IMG/VR virus record: IMGVR_UViG_3300034117_001582
Coordinates: 227,868-291,867 of that record
Length of the DNA stretch: 64,000 bases
Strand: one strand, 5' to 3'
The translations under genes and the position numbers were made by a program. The first letter of the stretch is position 1. The number at the start of each line of letters is the position of its first letter. Below are positions 26,580-35,718 of the stretch, piece after piece. The notes below the pieces were generated by a model. The model was not told where the DNA came from, did no database searches, and saw only the letters and a program-made list of their open reading frames with translations.

Positions 26580-27268
26580 CTTCTATTATTTTTTATACTA
26601 TATAAATATTGTTTATTAAATTTTGGGTATTTTTTATTTACATCGCTAATAGATGCGCCTTCTTTAAATTCTTTTTTTATTTCCTTAATAATTTCAACAC
26701 CATATTTTGATTGTTTTCTAATATTTTGTGTTGTTTTATTTATTCTTTTTTCTTTTTCTTCTTCGGACATATTGTCCCAACCATTTTTAACTGATAGTTT
26801 TCGTCTTTCTTTTTCTTCATTAGCCTTATCCCCATATAAGTCCTCATACGTTTTACCTTTATGTGATCTACCATCTTTTAATTTTTTAGAAATCTTTTCT
26901 CTAATTTCTTTAGAGTGTCTATACCCTAAACATCCTTCACCTCCGTGTGTTGAGTTTAAACCTTCTTTATATGTGTCAAGGTCATTTATGTGGTGTTTTT
27001 CTCTTTCGTATATGTTTGATGCATTACACTCTTCTAATAACTCTATTTGAAAGTTTTCAACCCCATACTTTCTTATAGAATTACAAAATTTTGTATTTAT
27101 GTCTGTTTTTAAACATCTCCAAGCGTGTTCTTCAAATCTTTTTTTTAATGATGTTATTGTGCAACCAACATATTGTTTACCGTTAATAATGTTTTTAATT
27201 ATATATATGTAACCTTTTTCTAACATTATGGTGTTTATATATAAATATCACCATACAGCTCAAATTTC
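26553..27268 (-). mobile_element. Free-standing homing endonuclease insertion flanked by GAAATT direct repeats
   Basis: Left ATG GAAATT TGA (27271-27260); right TTA GAAATT ACC in trxA. Confidence 0.65.
26558..27226 (-). CDS. GIY-YIG homing endonuclease with NUMOD3-like motif
   Basis: GYIYIIKNIINGKQYVGCT..RF..H; GYRHSKEIREKISKKLK. Confidence 0.92.
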   Translation of the reverse strand: MLEKGYIYIIKNIINGKQYVGCTITSLKKRFEEHAWRCLKTDINTKFCNSIRKYGVENFQIELLEECNASNIYEREKHHINDLDTYKEGLNSTHGGEGCLGYRHSKEIREKISKKLKDGRSHKGKTYEDLYGDKANEEKERRKLSVKNGWDNMSEEEKEKRINKTTQNIRKQSKYGVEIIKEIKKEFKEGASISDVNKKYPKFNKQYLYSIKNNRRWKDIII

Positions 27269-27276
27269 CATAATTA

Positions 27277-27534
27277 TTATATTTTAACGACACGATTCCT
27301 AAAAAAACTATTAACTTTATGTTCTTCTCTATAATAGTTATTTTTTGGATTTTTCTTCTTTTCTGCATCCATATGACCATAATGATAAGCTCTATTTATA
27401 GCACTTTCTTCGTGGTTTTCTAATGAATTTGTTTTATCTATAATTTCTTCAATTAATGACAAAATGTCAGGGTTTGTTTCATTACCCTTTTTTTCTTTTA
27501 ACCAATTTCTTAATTCTTGTCGGAATGTTTTCAT
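27277..27534 (-). CDS. Hypothetical protein
   Basis: 85-aa ORF; TTGACA-N17-TATATT upstream (~27543-27571). Confidence 0.75.
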   Translation of the reverse strand: MKTFRQELRNWLKEKKGNETNPDILSLIEEIIDKTNSLENHEESAINRAYHYGHMDAEKKKNPKNNYYREEHKVNSFFRNRVVKI

Positions 27535-27600
27535 AGTGAATAAAATATAATTTACAAATTTATAAATGTCAAATAATTTACGACTTTTTGAACTTATCTT

Positions 27601-28176
27601 TTAAATATAATATTCAATTAATTCTTTTATTGGTTTGATTAATTGTTTAGGGTAATCGTTATTTAAAAAATCAATAAGTTCCTGTATTGAGTTAAAACTT
27701 GATGGAGTGTATTCTATTTTTTTATCTGAATTACTGTATTCATCAACATATTCATCTGTTTTTTTATCCTCAAAATAACTACCATCAACAGGAGTTTCAC
27801 AATCACCACCCCAATAAGGTGTTGCAAAACCTGTTAACTTATATTCTTTATCATTAAACTCAAAATCTATAGTCCCACTAAAACCACCCGAACTTAAATT
27901 TAGAAACATTTGACCATTGTTAAAATTATAATTTTTATTAATAAAATCAGTGTTAAACATAAGTTTTAGGACTAAGTCCTCAGCAAATTTACAATCTATG
28001 TTTATTTCTCTATTTTTAAGATAAGAAATAATTTGATGATTACTCATTCCCGTATAATCTTTAATGTCATCTATTGACATTCCCTCCATCCACATACTAT
28101 ATAAAAGGTCTGACTTCTTTTCTTCTTTGGATTCAAAAAGATTCTTATATTGAGATTCTGTTAATATTATTTTCAT
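27601..28176 (-). CDS. Leader-D protein (MKIILTESQYKNLFES)
   Basis: ORF track. Confidence 0.87.
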   Translation of the reverse strand: MKIILTESQYKNLFESKEEKKSDLLYSMWMEGMSIDDIKDYTGMSNHQIISYLKNREINIDCKFAEDLVLKLMFNTDFINKNYNFNNGQMFLNLSSGGFSGTIDFEFNDKEYKLTGFATPYWGGDCETPVDGSYFEDKKTDEYVDEYSNSDKKIEYTPSSFNSIQELIDFLNNDYPKQLIKPIKELIEYYI

Positions 28177-28472
28177 CTTTTCTTTTTAACTTTATTAAAA
28201 CCGTTTCTAATTTTATTGTTAAATTGTCCCGACATTAACATTAAAAAATCGTGTTTTGTAAATTTAATATCTGGATTATTATCTTCAAAACTCCATTCAG
28301 TTCTATTCGTTACCCACCCTTCGTAAACACCAAAATTATCAGGTTTATTACCTGGACCACTATTCATTATATCCTTATTTAATTCTTTAATAGAAGTATC
28401 AAGAATTTGTTCTAATTCACTTATCCTTCTTAATAATGCTATTTGAGATTCTGTTATTATTATTTTCATCAC
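28173..28472 (-). CDS. Leader-D protein (MKIIITESQIALL)
   Basis: ORF track; ATGA-type overlap. Confidence 0.85.
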   Translation of the reverse strand: MMKIIITESQIALLRRISELEQILDTSIKELNKDIMNSGPGNKPDNFGVYEGWVTNRTEWSFEDNNPDIKFTKHDFLMLMSGQFNNKIRNGFNKVKKKR

Positions 28473-28876
28473 CAGTTAAAGTCTTTTCTTTTATTGATTA
28501 CTTCTCCTATTGATATAGACGCAACACTTCCCCCTAATATGTCTCTTACTTCCCCCTGTAACTGATAAATAAAATTATCTAAATCGTAAAATAAATATAT
28601 AGATTCAAGATGAATATCAACGGTAATATGTATTTGAGATAATTCTTTTTTTTCAAGGTAACCCATAGAGGTTGTTTTTGATACATCTACCACCTTTATT
28701 TCTTCAATCATTTCTATTGGGTCACATATGTAATTGTGGTGTGACCTTATATAAGAACCTCCCTCACATTTTTCTTTTACCCCATCAAAAGCCATGTCAA
28801 TAAGATTTTGCATCGACTCATTTTTATTTGATTCAAATAACATTTTATATTGTCTCTCTGTAATTATTATTTTCAT
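28469..28876 (-). CDS. Leader-D protein (MKIIITERQYKMLFES)
   Basis: ORF track. Confidence 0.87.
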   Translation of the reverse strand: MKIIITERQYKMLFESNKNESMQNLIDMAFDGVKEKCEGGSYIRSHHNYICDPIEMIEEIKVVDVSKTTSMGYLEKKELSQIHITVDIHLESIYLFYDLDNFIYQLQGEVRDILGGSVASISIGEVINKRKDFNW

Positions 28877-29985
28877 ATCTCCACGTAATTTACGGTAACG
28901 TACATTGCAGTTCTTGGGTATGTTAAATCATTCATACAATCTTGAATTACCCCTTCAACTTCGTTTTGAATTTCCCACCCAACATTACTATCGGCAATAG
29001 CATCATCTAATCTTTCAGTTTTACCATTCATTAAAGAAACCATTCCACCTTCAGATACTTGGGCGGATAAATATATTTCAAAATCTCTTACGTATACATC
29101 AGATATTCTCCATTCAAAATCATAACCACCAACAGTTTTTTCAGGAAAATCTTTGGTGTGAAAAGTATTAATTGCTATGTGGTTTATGATTTCCCTTATT
29201 TTTTCCTCTCCTCCAATGTAGTCACTAAAAAATTCCTCGTACATTACGATATCTTTTCTATTATTATGGGTACTAATACCAAAATATTTTAATACGTCAG
29301 GATCAAATGTAGCATAACCTTTTTCCTCCTTTTCTTTATCCCACATCTGTATAAGAATGTCAGATTTTCTGGTAGGTTTTTGTGTGTTCTCATTTATACC
29401 ATAAGGTGCTCCATATATCTCTTGTAAGTCAATATCCACATCAATTGGGATTCCGTATTTTTCTAATAAACCATAAAAGAAATCATATACTGAACTTCTA
29501 ATCATTCCTTCAAAATCAGAACCTTCATAATTAAGTAACGCCTCATGGTAAGCAGCATCTATTGTGTCGTTCACCGTATATTCTTCATCCGTATCTTCAT
29601 TCCATCCTTGAAATCTCATAGTTCCACGAGGATCAACATCAACCATAATTTCAAGAATTGGTCTTTCAAAATCAAGATGAACAACTTTCATTGTTGTTTC
29701 CAAATCAAATTCACCCTCAACTAACTTATATTCCTTGGCATCAATTTCATCTTCAAGTTTTTTAAACAACACCTCAGAACCTCCATTGTATTCATACCAA
29801 ATTGGTCTAATGGTATCGTAATCTTCACGAGTTTCTTTATTAATATCCAAAACTCTAAATAACATATAATCCAAACTTGGTTCTTCCCCATGTTTTTTTT
29901 GATTATCCCAAAAACCATATAAAAACTCCCGAAGTTTTTTTTCAGTGAGGTTTTGATATTGTGATTCTGTTATTATTATTTTCAT
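28873..29985 (-). CDS. Leader-D protein with two distantly related modules
   Basis: NLTE|KKLREFLYGFWD and GINE|N..RKSDILIQMWD. Confidence 0.87.
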   Translation of the reverse strand: MKIIITESQYQNLTEKKLREFLYGFWDNQKKHGEEPSLDYMLFRVLDINKETREDYDTIRPIWYEYNGGSEVLFKKLEDEIDAKEYKLVEGEFDLETTMKVVHLDFERPILEIMVDVDPRGTMRFQGWNEDTDEEYTVNDTIDAAYHEALLNYEGSDFEGMIRSSVYDFFYGLLEKYGIPIDVDIDLQEIYGAPYGINENTQKPTRKSDILIQMWDKEKEEKGYATFDPDVLKYFGISTHNNRKDIVMYEEFFSDYIGGEEKIREIINHIAINTFHTKDFPEKTVGGYDFEWRISDVYVRDFEIYLSAQVSEGGMVSLMNGKTERLDDAIADSNVGWEIQNEVEGVIQDCMNDLTYPRTAMYVTVNYVEI

Positions 29986-30905
29986 TTTATTTTTAATTTT
30001 TGACCAACTTTTATACTATCTGATTTCAAATTATTTAATTTTTTTATTGTTTCAGCCGTTACCGTTTTATCGTATTTAGCCGCTATTTTAGAAAGACTAT
30101 CACCTGGTTTTACCGTATAAAAGACATCATAAGAATTAATAGGTTTAGAGTTTAATGTTTTATCTGTTTCCTTACTAATTTTTTTATTTGGGGTAAAATA
30201 TTGGTTACACTCAGGATGTTGACTCATTTTATACATATCTAATCCCGATATTAATTGTGATAAACATTTTTCTTTACCCCATACCGCACCCTTTTCTAAT
30301 GGGTTATTAACTGGTTTTTTTGTTTTTAATTCGTTACCATATCTTTTAAAAGCCTCTTGATTTGTTACCATTCTATCGGCAACACCACCTTTATATTTTG
30401 GATTCTTTGCTTGTGAAAAATCTATATCCCAACCTTGTAAGTATTTTGTTGCAGCATCTTGCCAATTACCAGCGTTAATTGCTTCAACCCACTTGTAACC
30501 TTTTTTTGCTTCACCTCGATAAACTGAATTTACAAGAGCCTTTCTTACGTATAACGGATAGTTATCATACTTTGGGAAAAGAGATTTAGTTTTATTTTCT
30601 TCTTTTTGAATATCTGACGTTAATAATTGTTCCGCCTTAGATTTTGTTATAGTATTTCCAATTTTAGCTTCAGGTCCTGTGTGTCCCCAACCGATAGTCA
30701 AAGTGCCTCCTCTTTTTTTACTTGATGCGTTTACAAATGTTTTAGGGTCTTTAGGGTCTTTGTCATCAAAAACATAGTGTTTACCTGATGAATTGGTCAC
30801 TTCATTTTCGTAAGACTTAATAATTTTTCTAAAATCTTCATCATCAGTCAATGGCGTACCCTCCATTAATAAATTAAATTGTGATTCTGTTATTATTATT
30901 CTCAT
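29982..30905 (-). CDS. Leader-D + GH24 (T4-type) lysozyme + C-terminal LysM
   Basis: IKSYENE...D...GTLTIGWGH; YTVKPGDSLSKIAAKY....IKKLNNLKSDSIKVGQKLKI; no signal peptide. Confidence 0.88.
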   Translation of the reverse strand: MRIIITESQFNLLMEGTPLTDDEDFRKIIKSYENEVTNSSGKHYVFDDKDPKDPKTFVNASSKKRGGTLTIGWGHTGPEAKIGNTITKSKAEQLLTSDIQKEENKTKSLFPKYDNYPLYVRKALVNSVYRGEAKKGYKWVEAINAGNWQDAATKYLQGWDIDFSQAKNPKYKGGVADRMVTNQEAFKRYGNELKTKKPVNNPLEKGAVWGKEKCLSQLISGLDMYKMSQHPECNQYFTPNKKISKETDKTLNSKPINSYDVFYTVKPGDSLSKIAAKYDKTVTAETIKKLNNLKSDSIKVGQKLKIK

Positions 30906-30924
30906 AAACTATAAATAGTTTAAA

Positions 30925-30958
30925 CAAAAAAAAAAGTCAGGGATATCCCTGACCTTTT
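30925..30958 (-). terminator. Intrinsic terminator
   Basis: gtcaggga ta tccctgac perfect hairpin + 9-T tract. Confidence 0.85.
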
Positions 30959-30976
30959 CATATATATAGAGTGGGT

Positions 30977-31228
30977 CTATACTAACCCGTAGAGTGCCAC
31001 TTTATTACCCAATAGTTCAATAGCTTTGGTAATAGCCATGTCTTTTGTTTTAAAGTTCCCTTCTTTTAATTTTTTAGCGTGTACGATATTATAAACCGTA
31101 GACTTCACTTCGCCCTTCACAAAACTATACTTACTTTCTTTTTTTGGTTTTAAACTATCTTTAGCATAGATGTCATAAAATCCAACTTTGCAAATGTAAC
31201 GTCCTTTGTTTCCTGATTTTGTTGCCAT
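30977..31228 (-). CDS. Basic hypothetical protein
   Basis: 83-aa ORF; TATATTTG at 31268-31275. Confidence 0.75.
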   Translation of the reverse strand: MATKSGNKGRYICKVGFYDIYAKDSLKPKKESKYSFVKGEVKSTVYNIVHAKKLKEGNFKTKDMAITKAIELLGNKVALYGLV

Positions 31229-31319
31229 AATTTCTTTTGTTTATTTTTTAAGTGATTAATACTGATACAAATATATAAAACTTATTTCTATAATTCAAAA
31301 CTTTTATGAATTATTTTTA

Positions 31320-32348
31320 TTATTTTTTTTCATTACCAAGTATAAAACTCATATCAGTTATAAATTCTTGACTTTTTGCCAAATCCATAACAATATCTTG
31401 TGGTAGTTGACCACCTAAACCATTAACTCCGTACTTTCTACCAAATTTATTTAAAACATCTACGGTTGCCTTAGTTGTATCATCACCAATTAAAAATGCC
31501 TCATAATCTGCATCAGTCAGGTTTGGAAATATGACACTACCTGTTAGATCAGCTTCAGATAATATACTAGATGAAAGTCTTAATTGTTTACCTCCTTTAG
31601 TCTTAGGGGCCATAATAACACCTTTCGTTGTCGCTAACTGAACTAATCGTTCTTTAGTAAAGTAATATAAATCAACTCTATTATTTTCTTTTGGTATACC
31701 AATTAAAAGTGAATCAATACCTTCTAACGATAATCTAACAACATCTTCAGCAATGTTTACCATATCGTTGTTTTCAGAATTAACTAATTCTTTAATAGGG
31801 TTTTCTGAATTGAAGATGTTAAGTAATTCCTCCTTATTTTCGGGTGAACCATTATATGTGTTGTAATAAGTTTTTAAACTTGTAGATATAGATTTAATAA
31901 CCACAGATTCTGTTTCGTTATTTAAAGTTTTAAGTGATATTTTATTCCCTTTAGCGTCTACGTCAAATGGTGATGATTTACTTTCAGAAATATCCCCATC
32001 TAAAAATCCTGCTATCATTCCTTCAAAATCAAATCCCCTATTTCTTGATACGTAGAATCTTCTATAATAGTTATCAAATCTAAATTTAGAACGAGTGGTT
32101 ACGTTTGATAAATTCAAAGACATTAATGATGCAATTGTTCTATTAAAATTAATAGTTTTTCTTCCAATTTCTGCATATATAATGTTACTGATAGCGTCTC
32201 TAGCACTAAACATATCAAGTGGTATCAACTTAATTTTTTGTAGTTCTCTAGCCATTATCCTTTTTAGGTCTTCTTTTGGCATCTCATTTAATAAAAATGA
32301 AACCACTTCCATTTTTTGTTCGGCAATTTGGTAAAATATATTATTCAT
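31320..32348 (-). CDS. Putative PD-(D/E)xK restriction-endonuclease-like protein
   Basis: RGFDFEGMIA...PFDVDAKGNKISLKTL. Confidence 0.55.
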   Translation of the reverse strand: MNNIFYQIAEQKMEVVSFLLNEMPKEDLKRIMARELQKIKLIPLDMFSARDAISNIIYAEIGRKTINFNRTIASLMSLNLSNVTTRSKFRFDNYYRRFYVSRNRGFDFEGMIAGFLDGDISESKSSPFDVDAKGNKISLKTLNNETESVVIKSISTSLKTYYNTYNGSPENKEELLNIFNSENPIKELVNSENNDMVNIAEDVVRLSLEGIDSLLIGIPKENNRVDLYYFTKERLVQLATTKGVIMAPKTKGGKQLRLSSSILSEADLTGSVIFPNLTDADYEAFLIGDDTTKATVDVLNKFGRKYGVNGLGGQLPQDIVMDLAKSQEFITDMSFILGNEKK

Positions 32349-32354
32349 AGTTAG

Positions 32355-33476
32355 TTATATATAGTCGTAAAACATTTCGTTTATGTATTTTTGAGTTGTG
32401 GACCAATCTGGATAATCAGGAGTTCTAAAATCTATACAGTCATAATCTTGATCGTAGATTAGTTGTTTCATTAAAGTAGTATAACTACCAAAATAGTCTA
32501 AATATGAATCGGAATATGATTGACCTCTATTGTTTTCTAAAAATAAAGTGATGTTTCCAACAAAATCTCTAATTTTAATATAATTTAAGTATGTGGTCAC
32601 TTTTTTACCATCCGATTTGGTAGTTTCTTTTCGTACTTCATCAATTTTTCCTTCAAAGTATTCATTTAAACCATCATATACTAATTCATATATTTCATTT
32701 TCATATGCAGAATTATAAGCGTTCCAATAAATATTTTTTAATTCTTGACCTAACTCACTTAAATCTTTTTCACATAGTTCGTTTATTGCGTCGGAATCTT
32801 TAATTAATTCATTTAAGTCTTCAGCTTGAATTTTAAAATAACCTTCAGTTCCCTGTTCTTCTGATAAACTTTCAAAAAAATCGGAACTATAATCTTCTAA
32901 AGATAACTCAACATTACCAATTTCTTTAAAAATAGCATCTTTTAAATGAATAGTATTTTTTTCATTTAAATCGTCAATAACATCAGATGGTTTTGTATCA
33001 TTATCAAAATACCAATCGTTACCTAAACCATCTTCACTAAATACTAGTTTTGCAACATCTTGAGGAGAACTATCACGACGAGAGGAACCGCAAAAGAAAT
33101 CAGCTAATTCATCTCTATCATTACCTAAATATAGATAGAACCCATCAGGTCTAATTTCAACATCACCTAAAACGTTGCTTGTAATATATTTAACGGTATT
33201 TTCATAGTTATATTCTAAACCATGTAGTAAATAATTGTTTTGAAACTCTTCTGGAACAGAATTGTAGTCTAAATTAGCCATAATACCATTATCAACCAAA
33301 TAATCAAACAATTCATTACTAAAATCATTAGAAGGTATCGATCTTAAATCAAGGTCATCTAAACGATTATATTTGTTAATGAATTTAAAAAAAGTTATTA
33401 TATCATTAAAATATGGTTTGATTTCGGTATCAAAAAAACCGTCATTAAAGTTTTGTATAAGTTCTTCTACATCCAT
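32355..33476 (-). CDS. Acidic hypothetical protein
   Basis: 373-aa ORF, D/E/Y rich. Confidence 0.8.
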   Translation of the reverse strand: MDVEELIQNFNDGFFDTEIKPYFNDIITFFKFINKYNRLDDLDLRSIPSNDFSNELFDYLVDNGIMANLDYNSVPEEFQNNYLLHGLEYNYENTVKYITSNVLGDVEIRPDGFYLYLGNDRDELADFFCGSSRRDSSPQDVAKLVFSEDGLGNDWYFDNDTKPSDVIDDLNEKNTIHLKDAIFKEIGNVELSLEDYSSDFFESLSEEQGTEGYFKIQAEDLNELIKDSDAINELCEKDLSELGQELKNIYWNAYNSAYENEIYELVYDGLNEYFEGKIDEVRKETTKSDGKKVTTYLNYIKIRDFVGNITLFLENNRGQSYSDSYLDYFGSYTTLMKQLIYDQDYDCIDFRTPDYPDWSTTQKYINEMFYDYI

Positions 33477-33478
33477 AA

Positions 33479-34396
33479 TTAAAACTGAATTGGTGCCTCT
33501 TCAAATTGAATTGTGTCATTATCTAAGATTTTGTATTTATTAATCTTATTTCTAAATATATAAATATCATTATTACCACTAGATGCAAAAACAAAATAGT
33601 CAACAGGTTTTTTATCTAAGTTTTTAATATTATAACTTGTTATCTTATATTGGTTTCCATCTTTTTCAAGCGAACTAAAAGGTTTTACTTGGAACTTAGC
33701 AAGGTCATTGGTACCTTCTTTTTCCATTACAAAGTCAATACCTTTTCTATCCAATTTTGAACCAGGAACTGATCTACCCCTTAACTTCCAACCTTTTAAG
33801 TTTTTAAGTATTTTGATAAGGTATTCGTAAGCGTGTCTTTCATTTAATTCTCCCCGATAAAGTGACTCCGTATTTTGTTTAATTAACTTATCAAGGATTG
33901 GCCCGTTCTTAAATAATTTGTTTCTATTCATTGACATCCATTTAATGAAGTCGTTCATAGTGTCCTCATTGTTTATCACATTTTTTGTTTCATTTTCATA
34001 TAAACTAATAATTGTTTTTCTAACTTGTGGATTGGTGTCGAAGTAATTTAATATTGACCAATCACCACCTTCTGGATCATAATCATCTAATCCTTTTTTA
34101 ATTAATAAATCATGTACCGTATGAACATTAACAACACCACCTCCACCACCAGGACCTCTACTTCTATCACTATCCCAATTTGACTTATATAAGTCTTTCA
34201 ATATGAAATATACTTTTTCTTTGAACTTTTTTGTAAATTCATCTGAATTGATGGATATTGGTTTAGAAGTGTTTTTTTCTATAGGTGTTTCGGGTTCAAT
34301 GGTTTCATCCGAATTAAAATCAAACGTTAGTTGTTCATCGCTTTCAACTAACATTAACTGTTTGATTCTTATTATATCTTCATTTAATCCCTTCAT
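33479..34396 (-). CDS. Leader-B-like + putative PD-(D/E)xK nuclease
   Basis: MKGLNEDIIRIKQLMLVES; GELNERHA...DRKGIDFVM...FQVKP; TATTTAT 34402-34408. Confidence 0.7.
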   Translation of the reverse strand: MKGLNEDIIRIKQLMLVESDEQLTFDFNSDETIEPETPIEKNTSKPISINSDEFTKKFKEKVYFILKDLYKSNWDSDRSRGPGGGGGVVNVHTVHDLLIKKGLDDYDPEGGDWSILNYFDTNPQVRKTIISLYENETKNVINNEDTMNDFIKWMSMNRNKLFKNGPILDKLIKQNTESLYRGELNERHAYEYLIKILKNLKGWKLRGRSVPGSKLDRKGIDFVMEKEGTNDLAKFQVKPFSSLEKDGNQYKITSYNIKNLDKKPVDYFVFASSGNNDIYIFRNKINKYKILDNDTIQFEEAPIQF

Positions 34397-34408
34397 TAAT
34401 TATAAATA

Positions 34409-34549
34409 TCAACACTCTGTAAGTTTAAACTTATCTTTTCTATTATAAACTTTTTTTGAAGGTACAGATTTTTGAATCATCTTTCTTCTGACAATTTGAG
34501 CTACGTGTCGTAGAGATAAACCATTAATTTTTATTTCTTCTTTTTTCAT
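34409..34549 (-). CDS. 46-aa basic peptide MKKEEIKINGLSLRHVAQIVRRKMIQKSVPSKKVYNRKDKFKLTEC
   Basis: Manual translation; TATATTTG at 34555-34562 immediately upstream. Confidence 0.65.
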   Translation of the reverse strand: MKKEEIKINGLSLRHVAQIVRRKMIQKSVPSKKVYNRKDKFKLTEC

Positions 34550-34584
34550 AATTACAAATATACAAAAAGTTTTTTAATTAATAA

Positions 34585-35349
34585 TTAAACTAGTTTAAAT
34601 TCTCCAATATCTTGGACAAATTCATCCTCATAGTTCATATTATGTGATAACATGACAGTACCTTCTTCAAAATTAAATTTAATTCTACCGTCACCACCTT
34701 CATTGTTTTCCCATCCTGAATGGTACAAATCAATTATTTCATATCCCGTATACTCAATATCTTGGTTTAGTCGCACACTACTTGTTTCACTATCTCCGTA
34801 ATCATTAATTTGACCACTATCCCCTCCACCTTCATAAGTTATTTCTAAAGTATTTCCATAATCTTTTTTCATTTTTTCAATAAAATTAGAATCACCTAAT
34901 TTTTTTAGGTATTCATATTTAGCGCCCCATTGACTTTGTGTTTTATTTTTTAAATCATCAAAAGCCATAAAATTTTCACTCTCTTGGGAATCTCTTGTTG
35001 TTATATTTAAAAAAATATTAATTTTTGAATCCATTGGTGAGTATTTTACATTAATATTACCATAACCTGTGCAATTATCACAAAACAAAAAACTCATAAA
35101 TTCATCTTCATTGTTTTTGATGAATTCATCTATAATATCATTAAGTAAGATTGCCCCACTACTTCCTCTATCAATATCGTCTGAGGTATCATATCTTCTG
35201 GTATAAGGACCTTCAAAATCATAAAGACCATCATCTTCAGAGACATAACCATCCCAAAATATTCCAGAATCACCAACAACCGCCATTAGGTAATAGTTGT
35301 ATTTATTTATTATTTTTTTTTGTTCGTCAGTTATTTTAATATTTTCCAT
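34585..35349 (-). CDS. Protein with C-terminal DUF6878-like domain
   Basis: ITYEGGGDSGQI ... GWENNEGGDGRIKFNF; start reassigned to 35349. Confidence 0.7.
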   Translation of the reverse strand: MENIKITDEQKKIINKYNYYLMAVVGDSGIFWDGYVSEDDGLYDFEGPYTRRYDTSDDIDRGSSGAILLNDIIDEFIKNNEDEFMSFLFCDNCTGYGNINVKYSPMDSKINIFLNITTRDSQESENFMAFDDLKNKTQSQWGAKYEYLKKLGDSNFIEKMKKDYGNTLEITYEGGGDSGQINDYGDSETSSVRLNQDIEYTGYEIIDLYHSGWENNEGGDGRIKFNFEEGTVMLSHNMNYEDEFVQDIGEFKLV

Positions 35350-35362
35350 AATAATAAATATA

Positions 35363-35716
35363 CTAGTCCTCAAACTCTAACTTTTGAGTCCTTGTTGCCC
35401 ATAAAGGTCTTTGTTTATTTTCTACAATTTGGAACCACTCTCTTGCGGTTGGTATGTATCCATCACAATCTTCTTTTACATGTTGCTCACCAACGTATCG
35501 AGTATAAACCGTTTTCCCGTCACTATTTTTAAATTCAGGCCCAAACCTTTGTTCCATCTCAAATATCCCTTCTGAATGGTGTCTCCACATCCTATGAAAG
35601 GAATGGCCATGCCAACTCTTGGTCTCATCTAACCAATTATGTAAATGGATATAATCTTCCCATTTTCCGCCAAACTTTTTAACTGAACTTTTTGCATGTA
35701 AAATCGGATGTGCCAT
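35363..35716 (-). CDS. DUF6915-like His-rich protein
   Basis: MAHPILHAKSSVKKFGG.WEDY..LH.WLDETK...HR..RHHSEGIF...EQHV.ED. Confidence 0.8.
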   Translation of the reverse strand: MAHPILHAKSSVKKFGGKWEDYIHLHNWLDETKSWHGHSFHRMWRHHSEGIFEMEQRFGPEFKNSDGKTVYTRYVGEQHVKEDCDGYIPTAREWFQIVENKQRPLWATRTQKLEFED

Positions 35717-35718
35717 AA

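Noticed and set aside
26553-27268. Group I intron or ribosomal bypass in thioredoxin
   Set aside because: The ORF fills almost the entire insert, leaving no room for a ribozyme core; boundaries do not give exon-U and terminal G together; 710 nt is far longer than known bypass gaps.
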